In this document: in pieces, positions 1-11,945 of the stretch | Position numbering within the stretch: position 1 is the first letter of the stretch | Layout of the letters: the number at the start of each line of letters is the position of its first letter | Assembly (NCBI RefSeq): GCF_006345805.1 | Contig: NC_043002.1 | Span: forward strand, 27,900,001-27,964,000 | Direction of reading: 5' to 3' | Origin: Octopus sinensis | Taxonomy: Eukaryota | DNA: 64,000 nucleotides | Notes under the pieces: model-generated | Seen by the model: the letters and a program-made list of their open reading frames with translations, nothing else | Told to the model about the DNA's origin: nothing | The model's database searches: none | Made by a program: the position numbers and the translations under genes

Positions 1-265
1 AGATAACTCGAATGTGGAGCCTAAAAACAATTCCTATTATAGTTGGCACATTAGGTATGATAAAAGAATATTCAGATAAATACATAGCAAAAACACCAGG
101 ATTTACAAGTATATTAACATACACAAAATAGCACTACTTTGCACCGCATACATCCTACGTAAAACACTTTCAATACAGTGAAAATAAGAGCACTACATCA
201 GACCACAGCACTTACCTAAGGTGCAGAGAGCTGCGCCCGGTAGTGCACTGGAAAGCACGTGATAA
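1..265 (+). mobile_element. 3' end of an RLE-type (R4/HERO-like) non-LTR retrotransposon, degenerate, cut by the window edge
   Basis: Bases 1-181 read ..MWSLKTIPIIVGTLGMIK..PG.. then frameshift, matching the C-terminal motif after the restriction-like endonuclease also seen at 8894-9283. A short 3' UTR follows, then GAG/AAG repeats. Confidence 0.6.
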
Positions 266-282
266 AAAGAAGACTACTGAAG

Positions 283-432
283 AAGAAAAAGATGATGAAG
301 AAGGAGGACGACGACGACGAGGAGGAGGAGGAGGAGGACGAGGATGAGGGCGGAGTCGAGGAGGACAACGAGGAGGACGAGGACAAGGGGGAAGAGGAGG
401 AGAAGAAGAAGAAGAAGAAGAAGAAGAAGAAG
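283..432 (+). repeat. compound (GAG/GAC/AAG)n trinucleotide repeat
   Basis: Direct reading; accounts for the poly-R/poly-L ORFs at 274-535. Confidence 0.95.
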
Positions 433-793
433 AATTAAGTTTTTCACTGAATTTGTGAGTTCTTTACTTTTCGCCATTATTACGATACTACTGAATGAAG
501 AAGCTAGTGTTTTGACACTTAAAAATGACAACTGATAAGATTATTGGAACAAACGAGAAAGTTCTAGTAAAAAAAAATTATTTTAACAGTATTTTGTGGC
601 ATAGAAAATCATAAATTTATTCTGTACGAATACTTTTTCATCCCTAAATATTTATAATTGAATATAAATTCCTTAGTTACTATGATTTATAAGTTTCTTT
701 TGCATATTCTTAGTTTATGCATGTGTATGCAAATATGGTACTGGTATATCTCATTTATGTTCAGTAGAAATTAAATAATTAAAGAATTTTGAC

Positions 794-957
794 GAGGCGC
801 AGGAGTGGCTGTGTGGTAAGTAGCTTGCTAACCAACCTCATGGTTCCGGGTTCAGTCCCACTGCGTGGCACCTTGGGCAAGTGTCTTCTGCTATAGCCCC
901 GGGCCGACCAATGCCTTGTGAGTGGATTTGGTAGACGGAAACTGAAAGAAGCCTGTC

Positions 958-1008
<51 letters not shown>

Positions 1009-1241
1009 ATGTATGTGTGTGTTTGTGTGTCTGTGTTTGTCCCCCTAGCATTGCTTGACAACCGATGCTGGTGTGTTTACGTCCCCGTCACTTAGCGGTT
1101 CGGCAAAAAGAGCCCGATAGAATAAGTACTGGGCTTACAAAGAATAAAGTCTCGGGGTCGATTTGTTCGATTAAAGGCGGTGCTCCAGCATGGCCGCAGT
1201 CAAATGACTGAAACAAGTAAAAGAGTAAAAGAGTAAAAGAG
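794..1241 (+). mobile_element. tRNA-derived SINE, family 1 (CORE-like CCTTGGGCAAGT), full length with internal (TA)n/(TG)n
   Basis: A-box-like TGGCTGTGTGGT, B-box-like GGTTCAGTCCC and (GTAAAAGA)n tail; near-identical copies at 19510 and 32594. Confidence 0.85.
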
Positions 1242-1851
1242 TTACGAATACTTATTCCCCCCCCCATTGTACATACCTTGTGCTATGAGGGCCATCGGTT
1301 CTTCGTTGGCTCTCCTCACTCGCACAAAATTTGGTCTGTGTGGTTGACAGAAAACGTGTATAATTACTATGCTGCATCTGAAAGTGTCTGAAAATTATTT
1401 GCAGTCTATTCGTTTGCATCAAAAAACATCAAATAATGTTATTGATACAACATAATACTGTACTCAAACGAAGCTTGCCTAAAGATTTCGCCTTTAGATA
1501 ACTTTCAATATTCAAACAAAAAATGCATACGCACATTTGTTCCTCTTAAAATTCCAAGAAAGTAAATGCTACCACGTAAATGGAAGCTTATTATTTGTTT
1601 GGAAATTCTTAGAATTTTCGGCAAACGCGTGGTATTATCGAAACTTTTAATATACTTAAACCTCGTATTTTTTATAGGTATTCTTTCTGTGTAATAATAT
1701 TAAATTCATAATATACAGTATCGCACTCAGAGTCGATTCAATTTTTGGTTAGTTCGATCTATTTCCAGTTTTCTTAGAGATTTTTCAAGACGTAGTAATA
1801 CACGTGTTAGCAGTAAGTTGCCATACACACATACAAACATACAAACATACA

Positions 1852-1916
<65 letters not shown>

Positions 1917-2334
1917 TATATTATATATATATATATATATAATATATATATATTATAATATATATATATACAAACATACATATATACATACAAACATACA
2001 TATTTATATATATATATATATATACCACAAGCCACACATGCATACATTACATACATATAGGAACACACACACACACACACACACACATGCTTACATTATG
2101 CTCTTTACAGTTAAACGTCAAAGCGAAATGAAGAGAATAAAAGAGAATACGAGGAATAAAAAGAAGAAAACCTGATAATTCATCTGAAAATGGAATAGTT
2201 TAAATGAATTCAAGGAATATTTCATCTATATAAAACATGCGAAGCATTTCTTTAATCTGTACTCACTGATATTTCCTTAATTCGTTCCTGTTTTTGCTAT
2301 TGCTATGGTGAGGGATAGCGGTGGTGGCAGCATC

Positions 2335-2550
2335 GGTGCTGGTGTTGGTGATGATGGTGATGGTTGTGGTGGTAGTGGTGACGTCGGCGGCGGTGGTGGT
2401 GGTGGTGGTGGCGGTGGTGGTGGTGGTGGTGGTGGTGGTGGTGGTGGTGGTGGTGGTGGTGGTGGTGGCAGTGGTGGTAGTCGTCGTCGTCGTGGTTGGT
2501 GGTGGCGGTAGTTATGGTTGTGATGGTAGAGGCGGTGGTGGTGCTGCTAC
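2335..2550 (+). repeat. (GGT)n-rich trinucleotide repeat
   Basis: Direct reading; source of the poly-G/H/V ORFs. Confidence 0.95.
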
Positions 2551-3258
2551 TGGGTCCGGGGCTCATGCTGATGCTGACTGTTTATATCCATGTCACCTCT
2601 GGTCGAGAAAATTTTGATCTGATATGTTCCAGTTAAGTAAATTGTGAATGTTAAAAAATATAGTATTTCTATTATTACATTGGTTTATGTGTTCACTTTA
2701 GTCAATTAACCCCAACTCATCGGATCTGTCCAAGCTATGATCAGATATATTCTGCACGTCACCATTTTGCCTTGGATTCAGGTATAGCGTGGCTTGGACT
2801 ACATTTCCTAATATCGCGCTCCTTGTTGATAATTTTTAGAGTTAGTTCATTACTGATCCGGATATAGTCAGAGTTTAGCTCTTTTCTAAATTTGAATTGC
2901 ACCCGTGCCCCTATATCATTCATGTTATTACTATAACATGAAATGAAAGTAAATTACCATCAGCAATGTATGATAATTGCACTTATATCATACACAGTTA
3001 CACAATTCACAATGTATGTTAATTGCAGTTATAGCATTCATAGCAAAAGAGGCGACCTTTTGCAAAGATAAATTTCAGCCTAAGCATATACGATTTTAAG
3101 AAGAGATAAATGTAGACTGAACATTAGTTAAAGATTGTCTAAAAAGAAATAATGGCTATAGAATTTTACAAAATATATCTTAGGAATATATAACATGTAA
3201 AAAATTTCTTATGATCGAGATTTGTATCTGATGCCGACTCACAAGTTACACACACACA

Positions 3259-3295
<37 letters not shown>

Positions 3296-6200
3296 ATACA
3301 TATACATACACGCATACATACATAAATGCTAATATGCATGCATTCATGCATACATCCATTTATAATACATTCATGCATACATGATCTAGAGATTGTACTA
3401 AAGTTCACTTTGAGCACAACACGTTTTTTATTCACTTTATTAAATTTTGAACTGAGAATAATAAAATACAGAGAGAACTGAAATATACTGGGATGAACTT
3501 TACAACGTCTATTGTTACAAACTGTTTCTCATTCAGCGTTGCCAAACATCTTTATAAAAATTGCTAATCACTATTATTTCTGTGATTTTCTCGTACCATT
3601 AAACACTACAGTACCCGTTAGTAAACTATTGTAACATGTAATATATGACACAAGTTCTTTAGTTCTAAACGACTTCAGTAAATTGAATTCTCCAAACTTA
3701 CACGTTGTCTTCGATTTTAGCAAAACATTTTCTGAATGTGTGGAACTTTTATCATTACCATGTAAGTTTTTATACGAATGTCGCCCATATTCTGTCATTT
3801 TGCAGTTCAATATAATCGTCAATTATGCTCTGTGTAATGAACATTACCTTCCGTTTGCTCTCCTATAAGTCATTCAGCATTTGCATCAGTTTCTCGCTAT
3901 TAATTTATACAACTAAAAAGCGTAGACTTTCATAAGTTTACTTGTTTCCAGATAAGGGACATTTTATTGTTTGTGTTTGTGTATTTTTTCTATCAACCTT
4001 CTGTCTCTTTTAGTGCCTTCAATGATTTCCCATCATTCAAAATGTTTTATTTACATTATGCCACGACAATGAGACAGAAATACTGTTAAAAGCGTCTGGC
4101 TGTTTTCTTTCTTCTCTTGAGCAGAAAACCTTCAACTGACCTTTACTATCACACATGTGGCAACTGAGCATTCTAATCCGCGCTATAATTATCTTATTGA
4201 CCTCATCACTGGTCCCTAAATCAGTCCCATGAGGAATCATGAGAGTCTGAATTTCCAAGCAGATATCAACTGATCACATATCGTTGCAGGTTACCCTTCA
4301 CCCACTACTTTATTGAATTGTTGCGCAACGATAGCAACAATCCCGGGCTCAACATCTGAGTCAATATGATTTTCATATTACTTAAAATGATGGACTATAG
4401 CAATGGGTCTTTGGGCATGTGGGGATTGTATAAATTCTAGTTTTTTTCTTTGTTGTCTGATCTTTGCTCTTAAAAACCAGGTATATACTTGCTGATATGT
4501 CCTGCCCAGGTTAATAAAGTATGTACTCTGCACACGTTGAGAAAAGCTTTCCTCTGCTCCAATTTGGGGTAGGTATATAAACGCCTTTTTTTTCTATTTC
4601 TCTTACACATCATTGCTTCACGTTTATGTATTTCTTTGGCGAGATTCTTGATTTGAAAACGTGAGCTGGAACAGATATTGTTATACTCTGGAATGATGAA
4701 GAAAACCAAGTAAACACAAACAGAAAATGATAATATTAATAAAACTAATGTGAAGATCAAATAAATAGTGCGCATGTTTAATTGGCAAAGGATGACCATA
4801 CCCAAGTGTAACAACTACTGTTTTAAATTTCGAGAAAAGAAGCACATTCTTTTGCAGTACACTCCTCCATATCTTCTTTCCATTGTACTGGCTTGCTGAG
4901 AGGAAATCTTTGTGACCTTGGCAATGAATAAGCAGTTATTTCTGGTCTATTTGTTATTGGTGTTTAATTTTGTCTTATCGCATTTCAAAATGGGATTATA
5001 ACTATGTCCTTTTGATTAAGTGTCCATATTTTACTGCTTATCTTTTTTTTTTTTTAGTTTGCTTGTGTTTAAAAAATTTCAAAAGTCAAGCGCCGGGTAC
5101 ACTACTGCTATAGTGACTAGCATCTTGTTCATTACATCAGAAGTAGCTATACTGAGCCACTAATGAACGATATGGAAATGTATGTATACAACACAAATGT
5201 CTCAGGTTAAACCTTCTTTTTTTACCCAGAATAATAAGGACGCTGAGATATTTCAAACTTCTCTCTAGCTAAAATAAATTAAGCAAATGAAACATTTTTT
5301 CTAACCAATATCTTTTAAACGGTTTTCTATCAAACGTAACAGCTCTCAGCGAAGAACAACAGTAGCAATATATTTAATCTCGGATTTGTGAAGATGATAT
5401 TCGGGGGCTTAACATAACGTACTGACGAGTTTCATACGATGGATATTCCAGATTCTATTATGTAATCTAACAGCCTTATATTAAGCCTGATGCCTGTAAT
5501 TTGAGATAGATTTATCAGCTATTTCTAATAGATTAAATGACCACTTAGCAACTCAGTTGCTGGCTCATTGCTACATAAGAATAACTTCAGAAAGCTATTT
5601 GTGCTGTTTGCATAACAAAAAATAGAAACTGAACATTGTCTTGGAAACAGTATATTTTATGTGATGCTCTTTCATCTCTTGAACGCACATTTTTTTACCT
5701 GTTTGTATATGATGTTTGATAAAACGTGAGAGGTGTGGCAACTGTCATTGTAATAAAAAAAAACTGGATTTTTTCATTTTAACATTTTATTTCGTGATTC
5801 ACAGTGTCACTCCCCAACATGTAATTTTCTTCTTTTATTCGTCCCATTTCTTCTACACAAATGATTTTAAACAACACACACACACGCATGCACACATATA
5901 TGTATATATAAATATATATATACAAACACATACACATATATATATATGCACACATACACATATACATACATACACACACACACACACACCTTTTCATTTC
6001 GTATTCTTTATATTCTTAATGTGTTTTCTTTTTTCCAGTTTATTTCTCATATCTTTTATTTCCTATACTTTTTCTTAACTTTACAATCCTATACTCAGCA
6101 TTGATTCCTATACATGCATTTACAGCAGAAACATGCATGAAATAGTACATGCACACGCATACACAGATAGACACACATGCTATTTCCTATCACACACACA

Positions 6201-6408
6201 TGCGCTCGCACGCACACACACACACACATATACATACACACACATGAATGTCAATCTAAATATTTGAAGATATTAAACTAGCATAAAGCAACGAAAGACA
6301 AGATGCGCAGAGACTACAAAATAGCGCAACTTCCAAAGGAGAGTATGCTTGCTTCCATATATATTTATATACAAATGTAAATGCGCATACCTTAATGTGT
6401 GTGTGTCG

Positions 6409-6703
6409 AGGCGCAATGGCTCAGGGATCAGGGCAGCGGACACGCGGTCGCAGGATCGCGGTTTCGATTCCCAGACCGGGCGTTGTGAGTGTTTATTGAG
6501 CGAAAACACCTAAAGCTCAACGAGGCTCCGGCAGGGGCTGGTGGTAGTCCCTCCTGTACTCTTTCGCCACAACTTTCTCTCACTCTTTCTTCTGTTGGCC
6601 TGCTCGCTTAGCCAGCGGGGTGGTGTCATTTGAAGACTAAAACAATGCGAAGCGAATTGTGACCAGCGATGTGTAACAACATCTGATAGCCTGGTCGGTC
6701 ACG

Positions 6704-6707
<4 letters not shown>
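6409..6707 (+). mobile_element. tRNA-derived SINE, family 2, ending in (TA)n
   Basis: tRNA-like head GGCGCAATGGCTCAGGGATCAGGGCAGCGGAC...GGTTTCGATTCCC, then a non-tRNA body and (TA)n. Confidence 0.7.
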
Positions 6708-6799
<92 letters not shown>

Positions 6800-6800
6800 A

Positions 6801-7524
6801 TACTAAGCAATTAAGGGTTTAGCAACGAATTGCCTCACCAAAACACCGAATTTAGAAATAGCAGTCAAAGAGATATAGCTATTCCTTCTACTAAAAGGGA
6901 GATCTCAGTAAAAACACAGCACTTGAAAGGCAAACACAGACAGGTAAGAAAGAATGAAATGACGGCAATCTATCATACAATTTTAAGTTACCTACGGACG
7001 TACGTTTCGAAATCAAGTTTTAGGAAAGCATAAGAATTAGAAAATTCTACCTTACCCAAACTTCTTTTCTCATCGGCGTAGGATACTACAATTATGAATA
7101 ATTGTATATTAAATTTTATATGCAATTATTCATAATTGTAGTATCCTACGCCGATGAGAAAAGAAGTTTGGGTAAGGTAGAATTTTCTAATTCTTATGCT
7201 TTCCTAAAACTTGATTTCGAAACGTACGTCCGTAGGTAACTTAAAAGTGTATGATAGATTGCCGTCATTTCATTCTTTCTTACCTGTCTGTGTTTGCCTT
7301 TCAAGTGCTGTGTTTTTACTGAGATCTCCCTTTTAGTAGAAGGAATAGCTATATCTCTTTGACTGCTATTTCTAAATTCGGTGTGTTGGTGAGGCAATTC
7401 GTTGCTAAACCCTTAATTGTTTAGTATTACTTAAATTTTCCTCGAATGAGGCTTTTACATGCCGAAATCTACTTGGTGTAATTGATAATTATTCCAAATT
7501 AATTAATTTCACCCTTTATTGTTA

Positions 7525-7528
<4 letters not shown>
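6801..7528 (+). mobile_element. P1: Penelope-like inverted pseudo-LTR element (about 313-bp arms plus about 100-bp 3' extension) between (TA)n tracts
   Basis: 6801-7113 is the reverse complement of 7114-7426 with about 5 mismatches by eye. Hammerhead folds lie in both arms, and (TA)n flanks both sides. Confidence 0.7.
7145..7236 (+). ncRNA. type I hammerhead ribozyme fold with U4C core variant (mirror copy 6991-7082 on minus strand)
   Basis: Stem I CCTACG/CGTAGG, core CCGATGA, long stem II closed by GAAA/TTTC, GAAA, stem III ACG-TA-CGT, GUC cleavage site after 7230. Confidence 0.75.
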
Positions 7529-7580
<52 letters not shown>

Positions 7581-7915
7581 ATATATATATATCGGGATGA
7601 TTGTATTTTTCTTGCAAAATAAACACACACACTATATATTCGTTCTTCACTCGTTTAAATGCTGCGGAAATGTTGTTACAGGTGTTCAAAGTTTGATCAT
7701 TTTCAGAATTTTCAGCCAGTCAGAAAACAGTGCGTTCGCTGCCTCTTGTATCTTATGGCATGTCAAAACATTAAACTAGCAGCAGTAAACTGTGAGAAAC
7801 ATTAAAACATTTGCGAGCAACTTAAATATTTAAAACCTTCGAGCAAACCAACAGGAGTTGCTAGAAATAACAGTCAAAACATTGCTTAAAACAAACATTA
7901 ATTAGTTTAAGAAAT

Positions 7916-8116
7916 TTAAGAACGAAAGTTTGCAAAACCCTCTAGGATTTTATAAAATAAATCATCTTTCTCATATCTCCTCCGCATAAATTCACAAAAA
8001 TAAGAGTCAACCATGGAACGGCGTGTCCCACACCGCCGTTTGTTTCCACCTTTTAAAGATGTCCAAATACTTTCAATCTGTTGCGTGGGAATTCCATCTG
8101 TTATGAAAACAAACAT
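7916..8116 (-). pseudogene. Merlin/IS1595-like transposase C-terminal fragment
   Basis: TQQIESIWTSLK..G...VDSYFCEF.RRR....LFYKIL resembles the TQ.IES.W..LK..G..YL.EF.WR motif of ISXO2/Merlin transposases. Recognised by eye, no search run. Confidence 0.55.
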
Positions 8117-8257
8117 TTATAGAACACGTGGTGGTTACACTCCTTGTGCGCATGCGCAGCATCTTTGGTTATTATGGAAACAGAGTTCTTCGCAATCAGC
8201 TATGGAACAGGTGGTGCTTCTTTGCTTTGGCTACTATGGTATCGGAGTTCTACGCCA

Positions 8258-8482
8258 TATGGCGCGGGCTACTAACCCCAAGATTCCGAGTTCGATTCCA
8301 GGTAGTGACCTGAATAATAATAATAACAACATCGAAAAATACCTTAGAAATGAGAACCCAAAAGGGTATATCAGACGAAACGTTGTGTTAACAACAAACA
8401 AGATGAGGACAAATATCCGTCAATTGTAAATAAAGTAAATGATGTACATAATTCCTCGTCTCTTAAATATAGCACTGTACCC
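8258..8482 (+). mobile_element. tRNA-derived SINE-like element, degenerate
   Basis: B box GAGTTCGATTCC after a tRNA-like arm, short (AAT)n, then a repeat-like body. Confidence 0.45.
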
Positions 8483-8839
8483 AAGTTTTGCAAATTTTAA
8501 ATGCTAATAACTTTTTTAATTATCGATTTATAGGGAAAATGAATTTTATTTTCATAAATAATATACAAAACTTAATCCATATATGTAGTTTGAAAACAAC
8601 TGAAACAAACTTGTAGACAGTGACGAAAACCACAAAGATCTCGAATGGCTCCTTCCCACAAAATTTCAGCTCTTGAGTCTATAGTCGAAAGGATTATTAT
8701 TATTATTGTTTTTTTTTTTCCTTCTTTCTTCAAATTTTCTTCCATTTCTCGCCGAGTGTTTTCCGTACACCTAGGGCAGAGAAGCTCATTGTATGCATTC
8801 CCAGATTACACACGCAAATTCACTGGTAAAATATGTATT

Positions 8840-8842
<3 letters not shown>

Positions 8843-8870
<28 letters not shown>

Positions 8871-10722
8871 AAATTCATGAACGGACGTTGTTATCACAGC
8901 GATAATACTCTTCTCAGTACATGAGTCGTTCCAGTTAACCCAATTTTTTGCACTTCCTGTAGGGATGGTAAGAGTAGCATCATTTTCAAATAGGTTTTAG
9001 TACCTTTTTTTTTATCATTCCTAGAGTTCCTACAATCACTGGTACTGTAAACACCTTGAGATGCCACATTTTTTTCAATTTCTATTAGCATGTCTTTATA
9101 GTTACTGATTTTGTAAAATTCTTTCGCCGCTATATTGTGATCGCACGGAATACTCATGTCAATTAATAAACACACTTTTTCTGTCTGATCTTTTATAATA
9201 ATATCCGGTTTATTAGCTTTTATATTTTTGTCGGTATTTACAGGGAAGTCCCAGAGAATCGACACATTTTCTCCCTCAGTCACAGCTTCAGGTTGGTGTT
9301 TATACCATTCGTCAGCGGTTTTGATTTTATAATGCCGACATATTATCCAGAGTAAATACTGGCCGACTCTGTCATGTCTTGTTTTATAATCTACAAGTGC
9401 TAAGACTCTACACCATGAGATTAGGTGATTATAGTTTTAATCTCACCGTTACAGAATCAGCATTTTAGGTCAGCTCCATTTTTTTATCACATTGGCTTGG
9501 TAGGTCCGGGTTCATAAAGCTTTGATTTTTAGCAGCTAATATGAAAACTTCACTCTCTGCTTTTAGCCCTGAGCTTCGTAACATTGATGCGTGTGTTTCT
9601 GGTCGACGTCATCTTGTTTGCTGCGGGCCACATATTTGCATGCATAGGTTTCTGTTCCCATCTGCTAGCTAATTTTTCATGTGCTTTTGTCTTAGCAATT
9701 AATTTTATTTTCTTTGTAGCAGCTGTTGGCACATTTCCTTCAATTTGGTAGGTATCTAAGAGATCAGTAGCGAATGTTTTGCACTCTTTCAGAATAGAGT
9801 CAAGTTTTTTCGGTCTTTCATGTTTTTCAACACGATTTAGCATCCAATCGTTGGTTGTTTCAGGGTATTTGGCCAGTCCGATTGTGGTGGTTTCGTACGT
9901 AAGGTCAAGCTGGATCAAGCTTCGACCTCCCAGAGCTCTGGGAAGGTAAAGACGATCCACGTCTGCCTTTGGATGGTGCATCTTATTACAAATCAGTAGC
10001 TTGCAGATTTTTCTATAGATTTTCATTATTTCACTGGCATTCCAGTTAAGCACATTGAAGCTATAAAGAACAACTGGGACTGCTAAGGAATTTATGGCTA
10101 ACACCTTATTAAATGCATTCAGCTCAGACTTCAGGACTGCTCGAACTCTTCTATAACATTCCTTCCTAACCTTCTCTTTCGTGCTTGCACGCTGGATACC
10201 AGAACCTTCATTTATTCCTAGGTATATATATATATATTTATTCCTAGTTCCTTTATTACTGTTTCGACATCTAATTCGATTGAACTTGACTTTACCAACT
10301 TCTCTTTCTTAAAAGTGGCTTTGGCACACTTTTCAAGGCCAAACTCCATCCCGATATCATCACTGAATCCTTTCACAGTATGTAATAATCCTTCAAGCTC
10401 TTCATCATCTTCGTCATATAGCTATAAATCATCCATTTAAAACAGATGGCTTATTTTCCTGTTGTCAATTTTGTAGCCACACCCTGTTCTATTCAGTTCA
10501 CTTGAGTGGTATTAGTGCTATGCAGAAAATTAGTGGTGAAAGTGAGTCACCTTGGAAAATGCCACAGTTTATGCTAATATTGTTTGAGCACAATACTCCA
10601 TTAGAATGATATAATTGGAGCTTCGTGTTCCATAGCGATATATTATACTTTAAAAAATCTGAAATCACAGGAGAAATTTTGAAAATGTCCAACGATTTCA
10701 GAATCCACGAATGTGGCATGCT
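8843..10722 (-). mobile_element. 5'-truncated R4-clade (Dong/Rex6-like) non-LTR retrotransposon: RT plus restriction-like endonuclease, frameshifted
   Basis: PHSWI..GIFQGDSLSPL (RT); AINSLAVPV..HPKADVDRLYLPR..GGR (R4-type thumb); KPDI..LIDMSIP (PD-D/ExK RLE); ends LRRVLSL* followed by (TTTA)n. Confidence 0.85.
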
Positions 10723-10724
10723 GA

Positions 10725-10945
10725 CAAAAAGAAGTAAACAAAGAAAATGAAGGGGGAAGAAAGGAAAGGAAATTCACAGTGACAACGCTCTTCTCAATAC
10801 TTGTGACCTACCAGTTAAGACAATCTTTTACACTTCATGCATTGACGGTAAGTAAGGGACTGTTTTTTAAATAATTTTCAGTTCCGTTTTTTATCATTCC
10901 AAGTGCTCCTACAATCATTGGTATTTAACCACCTTGAGGTGCCAT
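10725..10945 (-). mobile_element. second short 3' fragment of a related R4-like element
   Basis: Minus strand reads ..PMIVGALGMIKNGTENYLKTVP..LPSMHEV..IVLTG.SQVLRRALSL*, homologous to 8894-9060. It abuts (ATT)n at 10946-10992. Confidence 0.65.
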
Positions 10946-10950
10946 TATTA

Positions 10951-10991
<41 letters not shown>

Positions 10992-11757
10992 GGATTGGCT
11001 TCACAAGCAAGCGAAGATTTACGGAAGGGAAATCCACTTCTGCTGCAGGCTTGTTGATATATGACATATCTAGTTCCAGACATACAGATATGAACGCGAA
11101 AGCTTAATGAGAAGGTCGGCTGGTAAAAGTTGGTCGTAATATCCTTGTTTTTCCTCCATTTTCTCTTGTGTGCAAGGAAATTCCTGCGGGTGCCTTCAAA
11201 GGTGGCCGTTGCCCAGAGAACAGAGACATGCCACGTCTCACGGTTAACGGAAAGAACGGAGCACCCTGTTCTTTCTGAGGCGATACTCATTCAACCCTGT
11301 TGTTAGCGCCTTCAGAATTGACTGTGACTTCCCGTTTTCGAATTTGGAAATACAATCACCACTTCCGAATCGTTCTAATACCTGAACAGCTTGTTTTCAA
11401 CGGATCACCTCAAACGTTAGTTTCCTTTCTTATCTAATGCATCCTTGTACTTTCAGTTTCAATCAGAAGGCTTTCTTCAACCCGATTGTAAGATAAAAGA
11501 CATATGCCAAAGTTTGATGCAAAAAAAACAAATACTACATGGATGTAAATCCAATTTTTCCACTAAACAATCACACATGCGTCCGTCTACACAGATTTCT
11601 TTTCAGTCTCGGTTACCAAAAGCAATGAATTTAAATTTATTTTCCTTTTAATTTTCTTTTCACGACGATAAAACATCACAAATATTTTCTTCCTTACGAA
11701 GGCGTTTATAGAACACAATCGATGTTATAATAGAATAGATTATGTATACTGTAAAGT

Positions 11758-11945
11758 CAGTGAAGTGGCAGAATCGTTAGCACGCCAGACAAAATGCTCA
11801 GTGGCATTTTTTCCGGCTTCATGTTCAAATGCCACCGAGGCCGACTTTGCTTTTCGTCTCTTTCGGGAACAATGTGGGCGATGTGATCGACTAGCTCCTT
11901 CCTCTAAATACTGTTGGCCTGGTGCTAAAATTTGAAACCATTATG
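11758..11945 (+). mobile_element. SINE family 3, degenerate
   Basis: GTGGCAGAATCGTTAGCACGCC head; a related reverse-complement copy lies at about 30215-30400. Confidence 0.5.

Noticed and set aside
794-870. tRNA-like heads called as tRNA genes (also 6409, 8258, 22946)
   Set aside because: No complete cloverleaf; each continues into a SINE body.
5415-5470. CTGACGA as a hammerhead core
   Set aside because: No downstream GAAA with a closing stem.
8350-8400. GAAACGTTG preceded by a short hairpin in the SINE-like element, as a possible hammerhead
   Set aside because: No CUGANGA box upstream; at most a deleted remnant.
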